Assembly (NCBI GenBank): GCA_014435945.1
Contig: GCA_014435945.1_4088.1
Direction: 5' to 3' (one strand)
From: a phage
Length of the DNA: 64,000 nucleotides
This document shows, one piece after another, positions 38,287-46,367 of this stretch. Made by a program: the position numbers and the translations under genes. The notes beneath the pieces were generated by a model. That model ran no database searches. It was not told the origin of the DNA and saw only the letters and a list, made by a program, of their open reading frames with translations. Numbering within the stretch: the first letter of the stretch is position 1; every line of letters begins with the position of its first letter.

Positions 38287-39144
38287 ATGAAACTTTATCT
38301 AATCGTTGACTACAGTAAGGGTTATTATGACTACGCAGAAGAATCTGAAGGGTATTGCTCGTCTACTAATGTCAATGTACGCACCAGTAATACACATGAG
38401 CATGAATCTATTACAAACCTAAAAGATTTCATCGCATATCGAGCATTTGAAAAGAATTTCTGTCGTAGTAGATATTCGAAGTTTGAGTACCCGTTGATTG
38501 ATGTTCCTGATGAATTGATGTTCCAGTTAATGCTCACTGGAGTACAAGATTATGATTACATCGCGTACAATCACATTACTAAGAAAATTTATATCGGTAC
38601 GTCAACACATGACATTTCTATGTATGCATCATGCCCGGATGATCGAATGAAGGATAGAAATTCACGAAATTCATACAGTAGTGGTTCAGTTGGTTTAAAT
38701 GATGCATTAAATAAAAATTTATTCTTTGAGTACGAGTTTGATAATCATCGAAGGAAAAAAGACCGAGAAGATTATTGTACTGAAATTGATAGTACCAATG
38801 GATATGAAGAAGTGAAAGAAGCGTTAATGCCATATATCCTTGACAAGTACTACAAAGATTTTCAGTACTGTAGTAATTTTCTAATCCGAAATTCTATCAT
38901 AATCGGTCGTCAAAGTACTGCATTCTCTAAGTACTACAATGATTCCCCTGTTGCTGAAAATGAAAACTGTAATGTTCTCTCAATCCCACGTGAAGATATG
39001 GTATTCATGTTCACATCTTTCATTGAAGATGATGAGTTGTATGTAAAAAACAAGCACAGGTTCATGCCAAGTAAGATTGAGGTTATGAGAAGCTTAAGTG
39101 CAGATATCTTAACGAATTTCACTGAAAAAACAGAATACAACTGA
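38287..39144 (+). CDS. hypothetical protein (285 aa) with family-2 motif
   Basis: motif PDELMFQLMLTGVQD. Confidence 0.6.
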   Translation: MKLYLIVDYSKGYYDYAEESEGYCSSTNVNVRTSNTHEHESITNLKDFIAYRAFEKNFCRSRYSKFEYPLIDVPDELMFQLMLTGVQDYDYIAYNHITKKIYIGTSTHDISMYASCPDDRMKDRNSRNSYSSGSVGLNDALNKNLFFEYEFDNHRRKKDREDYCTEIDSTNGYEEVKEALMPYILDKYYKDFQYCSNFLIRNSIIIGRQSTAFSKYYNDSPVAENENCNVLSIPREDMVFMFTSFIEDDELYVKNKHRFMPSKIEVMRSLSADILTNFTEKTEYN

Positions 39145-39170
39145 GACATACCATAAGTTTATGATATAAT
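39142..39170 (+). promoter_or_regulatory. sigma70-like promoter (TGAGACATA type)
   Basis: TGAGAC 39142-39147, 17-nt spacer, TG-extended TATAAT 39165-39170; same architecture as 52730-52758. Confidence 0.4.
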
Positions 39171-39174
39171 GTAA

Positions 39175-39205
39175 GGTGACAGCAGAATATGTTGTCACCT
39201 TTTTT
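39175..39205 (+). terminator. rho-independent terminator or attenuator hairpin
   Basis: GGTGACAGC-loop-GTTGTCACC stem then TTTTTT; lies just downstream of the preceding -10 box. Confidence 0.6.
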
Positions 39206-39735
39206 AATCCTGAAAGGTTCCATATGGAAATGATTGAAGCCTAATCCACTCGAAAAGTAGAGGGTAGATGAGTAGTCCTTTCAGTACGAACAGCAAATGA
39301 AACCCGTTAGATGATGGCATAGTTTGAACCACTCACGGCAATGCGGCTGTATAAAGAACTCCAATAGGATAAAGAGAGTTCCTCGATAGACATATAAGGA
39401 TCGCACCTTACCAATTATCTAAGGGAGATTTCATGAGAAATTTGCGGTCGTAATTTATACAATATAGTTGCGTCCAAAATTCGTGAAATCAAATACAAGT
39501 ACTGGTCATATGGTATTTGTATTATGTGTCGGGATGTTTAAGACCGACGACCGTTGCTACAAGAACCGCGATAGAGAGAAACAGAGCAACCCGCTTTCGC
39601 CTCGTAAGAGAATTCGTGATATGAACTATGTGAAGGCCACCAGCGTCAAACTTTTTTTGTTCTTTCCCCTGCGGGGGGATGAAATATGCTCAAGCAAACC
39701 CCGTCAATATTAATTAAAACAAATCATAGTACTTT
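39205..39735 (+). other. non-coding region, candidate structured RNA or decayed gene remnant
   Basis: about 530 bp with stops in all frames, visibly higher GC than flanks, bounded by terminator and promoter; the only listed ORF (39468..39713) has atypical composition. Confidence 0.3.
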
Positions 39736-39737
39736 CG

Positions 39738-39766
39738 TTGAATTAGACATGCGAAGCGTGTATAAT
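39738..39766 (+). promoter_or_regulatory. sigma70-like promoter
   Basis: TTGAAT 39738-39743, 17-nt spacer, TATAAT 39761-39766. Confidence 0.5.
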
Positions 39767-39779
39767 TCGACTGGTGTTG

Positions 39780-40370
39780 ATGAAGTCAACGCCATGTACA
39801 GTCATTGATGTTTCCATAGGAATAATGATGTCATTTATTAAAAAATCTAAAAGCGTCACTTATAAAACACTAGAATTTGTTGATTCAGACAATCAGAACC
39901 AAGACCAAGAGAATTTTACTGGTTTTGTTGTGATTAAAGAAAAGGGATGTATTTCGTACATCAAAGAGTTGCAGTGCGGTTTTGAATTAACTTCCATTAA
40001 GTTATTCCCAACCAAGAAGCCTACAATTCTTAAAGCTCGTTATGGGAACTACTACGAAGAGCGTTATAGTAATAATCTAATCAGTGCGAAAGCACATATC
40101 GTCAATGGAGAACTAGAAGGAGAATATAGAAAATTCAACCCACAAGGAAAATGTGTTTGGGTTAAATACTTCAATTCAGGAAATGATGTAACATCAGAAA
40201 TTATTGAGTTTTTAGGTTTAACATGTACCCTTGAAACTCTTCATGATTACAAATTTAATACTGAAGAAGAGTTTAATCTGATGATGCGTTATGGATCACA
40301 TTTTAAATTTTTATATGAATACAACATTGACAGTAGTACTTTTGATGACATAGTACTTAACTGTCTATAA
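39780..40370 (+). CDS. hypothetical protein
   Basis: ORF-track ORF 39774 begins with GTG; first ATG is 39780, alternative ATG 39825. Confidence 0.55.
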   Translation: MKSTPCTVIDVSIGIMMSFIKKSKSVTYKTLEFVDSDNQNQDQENFTGFVVIKEKGCISYIKELQCGFELTSIKLFPTKKPTILKARYGNYYEERYSNNLISAKAHIVNGELEGEYRKFNPQGKCVWVKYFNSGNDVTSEIIEFLGLTCTLETLHDYKFNTEEEFNLMMRYGSHFKFLYEYNIDSSTFDDIVLNCL

Positions 40371-40386
40371 TCAAAGGAAATTATGT

Positions 40387-40911
40387 ATGTCGAAGAAGGA
40401 TGCTTCGAAGAAAAAACAATCAGTACATTTCAGTACTGGAAAAGATAACTGGACTACTCCAAAGGATTTCTTTGAAGATTTGGATGAACTCTGGGAATTT
40501 ACACTAGATGCAGCGTGTGTCAAAGAAACTGCATTGTGTGATAAGTTCTTTACACCAGAAGACAATTCACTTGAACAGGACTGGGGAAACAATATCGTGT
40601 GGCTCAACCCACCGTACAGTGATTTGAAAACGTGGTTATCTAAGGCAGTTGATGCATATAACAAAGGTGCTACAGTACTGATTCTCGTACCATCAAGAAC
40701 TGATACTATAGCCTTTCAGGATTATGCTGCGAAAGTTTGTGATTGTATTTGTTTTATAAAAGGTCGCTTAAAGTTCGGTATCCCTGAAGAACCAGATAAA
40801 AAGACGGACAGTGCTCCATTCCCTAGTTGTTTAATAGTACTGGATAAGTATTTGACTCCAGCTAAAATCAACTATCTTAAATCTATTGGTCAGGTGATGA
40901 AGAACATATGA
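40387..40911 (+). CDS. DNA N6-adenine methyltransferase (phage Dam family)
   Basis: AAGGA RBS; motif region WTTPKDFFEDL...FTLDAA...VWLNPPYSDL...ILVPSRTDT matches the phage N6A-methylase family with its NPPY catalytic motif. Confidence 0.8.
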   Translation: MSKKDASKKKQSVHFSTGKDNWTTPKDFFEDLDELWEFTLDAACVKETALCDKFFTPEDNSLEQDWGNNIVWLNPPYSDLKTWLSKAVDAYNKGATVLILVPSRTDTIAFQDYAAKVCDCICFIKGRLKFGIPEEPDKKTDSAPFPSCLIVLDKYLTPAKINYLKSIGQVMKNI

Positions 40912-41441
40912 AAGAAACATGCGTAGTGACATTCGGAAGAATTAACCCTGTACATCGAGGTCATGGTTTAGTGTTTGAAAAAGCTCAAGCACTACAAGAA
41001 CAGTACAATGCTGATTTGAAAATATTCCTTAGTACCAGTACTGATGCCGTCAAAAACCCATTACCTCCTGAACTGAAAATGTACTATACAGAAGGATTTT
41101 ACCCATCTGTACAAGAAAATATCTATACAGAAGATAATCTGTTTGATATAATGAGAGAACTGGATGGAAAGTACTTAGATGTTCTTTTCATATGTGGTTC
41201 AGACAGACTTGAACCATTCCAAAAAACGCTTGACACGTACAATGGGAAGTTATATAATTTTTGTTCAATCAAGGCAGTTCAAGCTGGAATTGATCGAAAT
41301 GTAAGTCGCTACAGTTCCACACAGATGCGTGAGTTTGCCAAGAATGAAGATTTTAATAGCTTCAGTACTTTTCTACCTGGTAATGATGATGCACTGAAAA
41401 CTAAACTATTTGAAGATGTAATAAAATACATGAGGAAATAA
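40908..41441 (+). CDS. nucleotidyltransferase (HxGH cytidylyltransferase superfamily; NMN adenylyltransferase-like?)
   Basis: N-terminal TFGRINPVHRGH is the (T/H)xGH signature; ATGA overlap with methyltransferase gene. Confidence 0.6.
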   Translation: MKETCVVTFGRINPVHRGHGLVFEKAQALQEQYNADLKIFLSTSTDAVKNPLPPELKMYYTEGFYPSVQENIYTEDNLFDIMRELDGKYLDVLFICGSDRLEPFQKTLDTYNGKLYNFCSIKAVQAGIDRNVSRYSSTQMREFAKNEDFNSFSTFLPGNDDALKTKLFEDVIKYMRK

Positions 41442-41443
41442 CT

Positions 41444-41737
41444 ATGTCAGTACTGTTTAAAACTAACCCAGTACTTTGGGATCAGAATGAGGATTCGGGT
41501 TTCCGTTCAATCCATGTTGAATTCAAAGGTAATACGGTGGTTGCAATCATTGCAAACAAAACTTTAGGAAACTGGACTGCACAAGTTGTTCCTATGGGAT
41601 ATTCTTATACATCTGATGAAGTTGCGTTTCTGGCTGAATTATATAGTCAAACACCATTCATCATCAATGTTTTAGAGCGTAGTGATAAGTTAACACATGA
41701 CGAAGTAATTGACTTCCTGGCGAACTTACATGTCTGA
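41444..41737 (+). CDS. hypothetical protein (97 aa)
   Basis: ORF 2 nt after upstream stop. Confidence 0.55.
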   Translation: MSVLFKTNPVLWDQNEDSGFRSIHVEFKGNTVVAIIANKTLGNWTAQVVPMGYSYTSDEVAFLAELYSQTPFIINVLERSDKLTHDEVIDFLANLHV

Positions 41738-42017
41738 TGATTCGAATCTAACAGGTTATTTTTTACAAGAATCAATGATCAAATTCAGTGAACATTTTCC
41801 AGTACTAGATGGTGTGGAGATGTGGCATGTAAAACCACTCTTCCACACTTTCAGTAAAGAGCACAAAATGTTATTGACTGAGGCTTGTAAATCGAATAAA
41901 ATATGCCAAATCAAGATTGGTGTAAATGTCTACAAAGGATTAGTCATCTTTTTTGACAACAACAGCAACTACTTTTATATTGTTAAGGAGCATTACGTTG
42001 ACAAATACAAATACTAA
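41730..42017 (+). CDS. hypothetical protein
   Basis: ORF-track ORF 41709..42017 trimmed to ATG overlapping upstream stop; stop codon lies inside a hexamer repeat. Confidence 0.5.
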   Translation: MSDDSNLTGYFLQESMIKFSEHFPVLDGVEMWHVKPLFHTFSKEHKMLLTEACKSNKICQIKIGVNVYKGLVIFFDNNSNYFYIVKEHYVDKYKY

Positions 42018-42615
42018 TACATACTTTCGTTATCTTCGCCTAGGGCTTTCCCTACGCCCAATCCGTGGTAAGTGTGATTCACTTGCTGATTTGGATTATG
42101 CATATGCATTACATTGTGATGGTGTTCAATATGTATTAGGTGACTATGGCACATTCGAAGAATCCAATGACAGTTCAGAAATTATTGCTGGTGTTGCTAA
42201 CCTTAACAACATTGCCAATAGTTCTCGTCATGAAATCGTTCTTGAAATTCAGAACTTCATTGAGAAAAATACTGGCAAGCGTACATGGTCATATGTCGGT
42301 ACTGATGCACAAATGTCAATCGCATTTGGTAACGAAGATGGTTATGTAGCACAACTTATTATGGATTTCGAATCAGAAGAGAAGTTCCTAGAATACAAGG
42401 AAAAAATCATCCAATCCTTGTTGCAAATGGGTATTCCTGAAGATCGTATGCCTGAAATTCAAAGCATTGATGAGTTTGTTCTTATCCCATCTGATGAAAA
42501 ATATGATGCGATGTTTACAGCACTGAACATTCCTGGTGTAGTTGTTGAGTACTTCGATGATGGTGATGCTGACATTTACCTAGATCTCGACGACGATGAT
42601 GACGATGATGAATAA
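41953..42615 (+). CDS. hypothetical acidic protein with poly-Asp C-terminal tail; start unresolved
   Basis: ORF opens with TTG, no in-frame ATG for about 100 codons; ends DLDDDDDDDE; terminator follows. Confidence 0.5.
   Translation: MTTTATTFILLRSITLTNTNTNTYFRYLRLGLSLRPIRGKCDSLADLDYAYALHCDGVQYVLGDYGTFEESNDSSEIIAGVANLNNIANSSRHEIVLEIQNFIEKNTGKRTWSYVGTDAQMSIAFGNEDGYVAQLIMDFESEEKFLEYKEKIIQSLLQMGIPEDRMPEIQSIDEFVLIPSDEKYDAMFTALNIPGVVVEYFDDGDADIYLDLDDDDDDDE
42001..42024 (+). repeat. tandem hexanucleotide repeat at gene junction
   Basis: ACAAAT ACAAAT ACTAAT ACATAC; contains the stop codon of 41730..42017. Confidence 0.5.
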
Positions 42616-42621
42616 TACATA

Positions 42622-42649
42622 TAGCCCGACATAAGTTCGGGCTATTTTT
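42622..42649 (+). terminator. rho-independent terminator
   Basis: TAGCCCGA-loop-TCGGGCTA then TTTTTG. Confidence 0.7.
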
Positions 42650-42661
42650 GTAAGGGGAAAT

Positions 42662-42931
42662 ATGAATTACAAACATATACAATTCACTTATATGGAATTA
42701 TTTAAATTACACCATAATCACAGAAGTACTAACACAATTAATAAAAATGCGTTTACTCATAAATTATGGTCAAATTACCTAGAAGAATTACGTGAGTATT
42801 TTATTGATACTGAAATTTTCATTAATGGAAAAAAACGAAAGATACTTAGAGTCGATAGTTTTGGTGGTAGATTAGTACTTTCATATAAATTTGATAACGA
42901 CTTATTCTCTGTTGATTTGGTGAATATATGA
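42662..42931 (+). CDS. hypothetical protein, tandem paralog family 3 (QFTYK motif)
   Basis: N-terminus MNYKHIQFTYMELFKL. Confidence 0.6.
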   Translation: MNYKHIQFTYMELFKLHHNHRSTNTINKNAFTHKLWSNYLEELREYFIDTEIFINGKKRKILRVDSFGGRLVLSYKFDNDLFSVDLVNI

Positions 42932-43188
42932 ATTATAAAGATTTCCAATTAACATTCAAGTGCATTCGTGACCTAGCAAATAAAAATAATAGTATATTTT
43001 TAGAAGATACATGTATTGAAATGATTAATATTGTGCGTGAGAGGATTAAAGAAAAATTCAGTACTGTAATTATCAACAACGATCATGCAGAATTTTCAGA
43101 TATAATCATTAAGCTCGATGGTAAAGTAGAGGTACAGTTCTACACTGATTTTGGATTTACGAGTGTTCCTCTGGAGATATTCCCTTGA
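42928..43188 (+). CDS. hypothetical protein, tandem paralog family 3
   Basis: N-terminus MNYKDFQLTFKCIRDL. Confidence 0.6.
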   Translation: MNYKDFQLTFKCIRDLANKNNSIFLEDTCIEMINIVRERIKEKFSTVIINNDHAEFSDIIIKLDGKVEVQFYTDFGFTSVPLEIFP

Positions 43189-43496
43189 AATTAAATTTGA
43201 ATGATGTTCAATTCACGTATAAAAATATATATGGTTTGTATGACATGTATCTTTTTAGTGGGAAGATTGGTGAACATGTCGAATCAAAAGAATCACCATT
43301 TATTAATAATTACTATGATTACTTAGATTCTATTGCTGAATATATAAAAAAGAATTACAGTACTTACACTGATGGAGATGATATATTCGAATATTCAGGT
43401 GTAAAATCTTATCAAGGTATTATCCATGTAGAATTTCTTGAAAAAACTGATAGGGAATTTATGGAGATTAAAGTTTTGAAGTTAACGGACCTATAA
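43185..43496 (+). CDS. hypothetical protein, tandem paralog family 3
   Basis: N-terminus MKLNLNDVQFTYKNIYGLY. Confidence 0.6.
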   Translation: MKLNLNDVQFTYKNIYGLYDMYLFSGKIGEHVESKESPFINNYYDYLDSIAEYIKKNYSTYTDGDDIFEYSGVKSYQGIIHVEFLEKTDREFMEIKVLKLTDL

Positions 43497-43506
43497 GAGT
43501 TGACAT

Positions 43507-43818
43507 ATGAATATTAATGATATACAATTCACATACAAATTTTTGTATATCCAATACGCTACGGTTGATGCTGGAGAATATCTCTACGGTGAAATCTATC
43601 GTTCGGTATGGATAAAGTTTTTGGATGAATTACATGAATATTACCATGATTTGTGTATAGTTCGTGATAATAAAATATACAAATTCCGCGATATTGTTAG
43701 TCATAGCGGTAAGCTACGATTGGAATTAAGTACTGATAGTGATGTTGATTGGATTGGTGTAAATTTACTGGAGTTGGAGAATGAAAAACAACTTAAAGGA
43801 AATACAAGTATTTTATAA
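43507..43818 (+). CDS. hypothetical protein, tandem paralog family 3
   Basis: N-terminus MNINDIQFTYKFLYIQY. Confidence 0.6.
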   Translation: MNINDIQFTYKFLYIQYATVDAGEYLYGEIYRSVWIKFLDELHEYYHDLCIVRDNKIYKFRDIVSHSGKLRLELSTDSDVDWIGVNLLELENEKQLKGNTSIL

Positions 43819-44065
43819 ATTCTTATACTTGTCATATGTAAAAGATGAGTACTATGAAAGTGTGTATTATTTTTTATGGCAACATTACCGTACTATAGTA
43901 AGAGATTTATATATAGGAAAATCTATCATATCCAATGGTGAAAAATGTATATGTACGGATGTCGTGAGTTATAATGGTTCTTTAACACTGTGTTTCAGAT
44001 GCGTTAATAATAGTGGGTCATTTTCATTAAACATATATCAGTTAGAAGGAATAAATTTTGAATAA
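43781..44065 (+). CDS. hypothetical protein, tandem paralog family 3
   Basis: N-terminus MKNNLKEIQVFYKFLYLSY. Confidence 0.55.
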   Translation: MKNNLKEIQVFYKFLYLSYVKDEYYESVYYFLWQHYRTIVRDLYIGKSIISNGEKCICTDVVSYNGSLTLCFRCVNNSGSFSLNIYQLEGINFE

Positions 44066-44258
44066 ATGTCCATATTGCAACAGTACTCAATTAGCTCGTT
44101 TCCGTTTAGATTCAGACTGGGCCTCTGGTGCTGGGGATTTCTTTCCTATCAATGATGATGCGGAATACACTGAAGAACAGCACAAAGATTTCGATAAATC
44201 ATGGCGACCTGACATTGAGTGCATTTATTGTCTGGCATGTGAGCGTATTCATGACTAA
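44058..44258 (+). CDS. small zinc-ribbon protein
   Basis: CPYC ... CIYCLAC double CxxC pair; no in-frame ATG so probable TTG start with GAAGGA RBS. Confidence 0.5.
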   Translation: MNKCPYCNSTQLARFRLDSDWASGAGDFFPINDDAEYTEEQHKDFDKSWRPDIECIYCLACERIHD

Positions 44259-44514
44259 AGCTGAACTGATCGTGCAAACACTGCGTTTATTGAGGGATTT
44301 AGATATACCACGCATGGATGTGAAACTTGAAGATATCTACATTGAATCTCTTAGTGAAGATTACACCGATACCGTAATGATGCTGAATGACGTGCTTTAT
44401 CGTATAGATAGCATTAGTCGTATTGGAAGAACTTTAAAAGTTAATATGGAACGAGTTGATAAACTTTATGTACATATATATAGTCTTCCCATTTCAATAT
44501 TAAACTATAGATGA
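44251..44514 (+). CDS. hypothetical protein (87 aa)
   Basis: ORF-track ORF 44128..44514 trimmed to ATGACTAA overlap with upstream stop. Confidence 0.55.
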   Translation: MTKAELIVQTLRLLRDLDIPRMDVKLEDIYIESLSEDYTDTVMMLNDVLYRIDSISRIGRTLKVNMERVDKLYVHIYSLPISILNYR

Positions 44515-44801
44515 ATATCATATTAATACAAAAAACATATGCTCTACTGATGAAAGAATATACTAATACTTATGATGAAAAGTGTAGTGCAAATCATCAT
44601 ATGTATAAATTCATTACTCAAGAGTACAGGGATTATATATATGCTGCGTTAGTGGGTAGATATTTCAGTACTAAAAAACGAAAAGAACTAAAAGTTGTGG
44701 ATGTTACATTTTTCTACAACGGGCATATAACAATTCATGGTGTGGAACATAATTCACAAATATATCGTAACTACTCATCTAACGAGGTAACATTTTTATG
44801 A
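44511..44801 (+). CDS. hypothetical protein (96 aa)
   Basis: ATGA overlap; faint similarity to family 3 (IQKTYALL). Confidence 0.55.
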   Translation: MNIILIQKTYALLMKEYTNTYDEKCSANHHMYKFITQEYRDYIYAALVGRYFSTKKRKELKVVDVTFFYNGHITIHGVEHNSQIYRNYSSNEVTFL

Positions 44802-44971
44802 GAGCATTATTTTTTATCTGGAGTCTTTTCTCACTAGCAGTACTGACAGTAAGTGGGATTTGTTTCCTTTCAACAATGAATGTCTGGTACATTAATTTAC
44901 TATTCCCATTCGTAGGTGTAGGTTTAGGATTTACTTTACATAGTGTTTGTAAGGATTTTAATGGCAAATAA
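44798..44971 (+). CDS. small membrane protein (57 aa, two predicted TM helices), below the ORF-track cutoff
   Basis: ATGA overlap with upstream stop; encodes MRALFFIWSLFSLAVLTVSGICFLSTMNVWYINLLFPFVGVGLGFTLHSVCKDFNGK. Confidence 0.5.
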   Translation: MRALFFIWSLFSLAVLTVSGICFLSTMNVWYINLLFPFVGVGLGFTLHSVCKDFNGK

Positions 44972-45245
44972 ATCGAATGAAGTACTTGTTGCTGAAACAA
45001 TGAAGATGGTTTATGCCATAACAACTAGTAATGATATGTCTTACCCAATTAAGTCCAAGTTGAGGGATATAACTCTTCAGGTTATACAGCAGTACTACAA
45101 ATCTAAACACAAAAGTATTATTAATGTTTATCGTGACTATGAAAGGATTCGCATTTTGTTCTGGAACAAGAATCGAGTTCGTTCGGAATGTGATATAGAA
45201 AACTTTAAATTTGAGAATCTTTATTGTTACAGAGCGGGACAATAG
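44961..45245 (+). CDS. hypothetical protein
   Basis: ORF-track ORF 44943 trimmed to ATG overlapping upstream stop. Confidence 0.55.
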   Translation: MANKSNEVLVAETMKMVYAITTSNDMSYPIKSKLRDITLQVIQQYYKSKHKSIINVYRDYERIRILFWNKNRVRSECDIENFKFENLYCYRAGQ

Positions 45246-45263
45246 CTCAAGTAGTGATATAAT
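45236..45263 (+). promoter_or_regulatory. possible promoter (extended -10 only)
   Basis: TG-extended TATAAT 45258-45263; weak -35 GGGACA. Confidence 0.35.
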
Positions 45264-45303
45264 ATTGGATGAGGAACAATAACTAACACAAGGAGTGTGT
45301 AAA

Positions 45304-46032
45304 GTGCTTGACCGTATCCGTTTCGCTACAGAGATGGCGAATGAATTAAACATGGCAAATTTTCAAATGTTAACATCAGTGATGGCTGAACATGCATGTG
45401 CTTATTCTGTAAGTGGTGTGCAGTGCGGTCAGGAGAATATGTTAGCAGATGTATATAGCGAAGTTCAAAGTAAACAATACAGTGTAAAGACGTACAAGGA
45501 TAAGTTCGTTAGTCTTTATATGAATGAAGACATTGCAGAAGACCGCAAATATACTGATTTTATTATTGAACGAAGAGTATCAGGTGTATCCAACCCAAAT
45601 GCTGACAGTACTACAGTATTTGAAGAAGTACTTCAAGATATATATGAAAATGAATTGAAAAGTAAGAATCATTACAATGTACGTGAAACTAACACAGTGC
45701 TCTTGGGATATGATGAAGACGATCAATATTATTATTTCCGTATGACTGAAGTTCCTTTTGAATATAAATCACCAAGTACTACTGCTGTAAAAGAATTTAC
45801 CGAGAAAAGCAAGAACTACAAGAAACATGAAGGTAACCGTTGTAGTATAAATGGTTATAATGAAGATGGTGTTCATATATATGAATGGGTTCATCCTAAT
45901 TGCCAGACATATACCCGTTGCTTGAAGAAACGTTATAATTTAGAAGACAATGAATCCTTCTACTTTAAAGTTAAGAAACAAGGCTATACTCGCCCTGAAG
46001 ATTCAGAATTGATGGGTATGGTATATTTCTAA
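45304..46032 (+). CDS. hypothetical protein (about 243 aa)
   Basis: AAGGAG RBS at 45289-45294; GTG 45304 chosen for spacing (ORF-track start 45295; alternative ATG 45334). Confidence 0.55.
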   Translation: MLDRIRFATEMANELNMANFQMLTSVMAEHACAYSVSGVQCGQENMLADVYSEVQSKQYSVKTYKDKFVSLYMNEDIAEDRKYTDFIIERRVSGVSNPNADSTTVFEEVLQDIYENELKSKNHYNVRETNTVLLGYDEDDQYYYFRMTEVPFEYKSPSTTAVKEFTEKSKNYKKHEGNRCSINGYNEDGVHIYEWVHPNCQTYTRCLKKRYNLEDNESFYFKVKKQGYTRPEDSELMGMVYF

Positions 46033-46041
46033 GGAACTGTT

Positions 46042-46323
46042 ATGGATTTTTACCTACACACATGGTCATACGAACAATACATTACATTATATCTTGAGAT
46101 TATTAATACTGATCCCAGATATGGTTGTGATTTTGCTGATATTATAAAAGAGTATGCAGATGAGTTTGAGTTTGTATATCTTGGCTCTGACCTATTCGTG
46201 AAGAGTGTAGGTAAAACCGGACGCATCACTGAGATTGATTATGATACTGTTAGTGTGAATTTCTATGTTGATTTTCCTTGTGATGGCGTTGATGGTGTAT
46301 ATTGTCTATATGAAATAATTTAA
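46042..46323 (+). CDS. hypothetical protein (93 aa)
   Basis: ORF with AAGGAA RBS. Confidence 0.6.
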   Translation: MDFYLHTWSYEQYITLYLEIINTDPRYGCDFADIIKEYADEFEFVYLGSDLFVKSVGKTGRITEIDYDTVSVNFYVDFPCDGVDGVYCLYEII

Positions 46324-46328
46324 ATTTT

Positions 46329-46356
46329 GAGGCCAGCGTTTGCTGGTCTTTTTTCG
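46329..46356 (+). terminator. rho-independent terminator
   Basis: GGCCAGC-GTTT-GCTGGTC hairpin then TTTTTT. Confidence 0.6.
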
Positions 46357-46367
46357 CAGGTACAAAG

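Noticed and set aside
7323-39144. Literal reading of the ExxYFQ-S/G motif as an engineered TEV protease tag
   Set aside because: The motif sits in about 50 divergent natural-looking paralogs with varied flanks (F or L often replaces Y at P3). It is more likely a conserved structural or recognition element of the family than an introduced tag; kept only as a hypothesis about processing.
39468-39713. 81-aa ORF inside the non-coding island
   Set aside because: No RBS, atypical amino-acid composition (Arg/Cys/Pro-rich) compared with the rest of the window, and it spans a region with hairpins; judged a chance open frame in GC-richer DNA.
39205-39735. Group I intron or tRNA in the GC-richer non-coding island
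   Set aside because: It does not interrupt a gene (the upstream gene ends with a stop and a terminator). I could find no convincing P7/P3 core pairing or cloverleaf with a GTTCRA T-loop by eye. Kept only as a generic ncRNA candidate.
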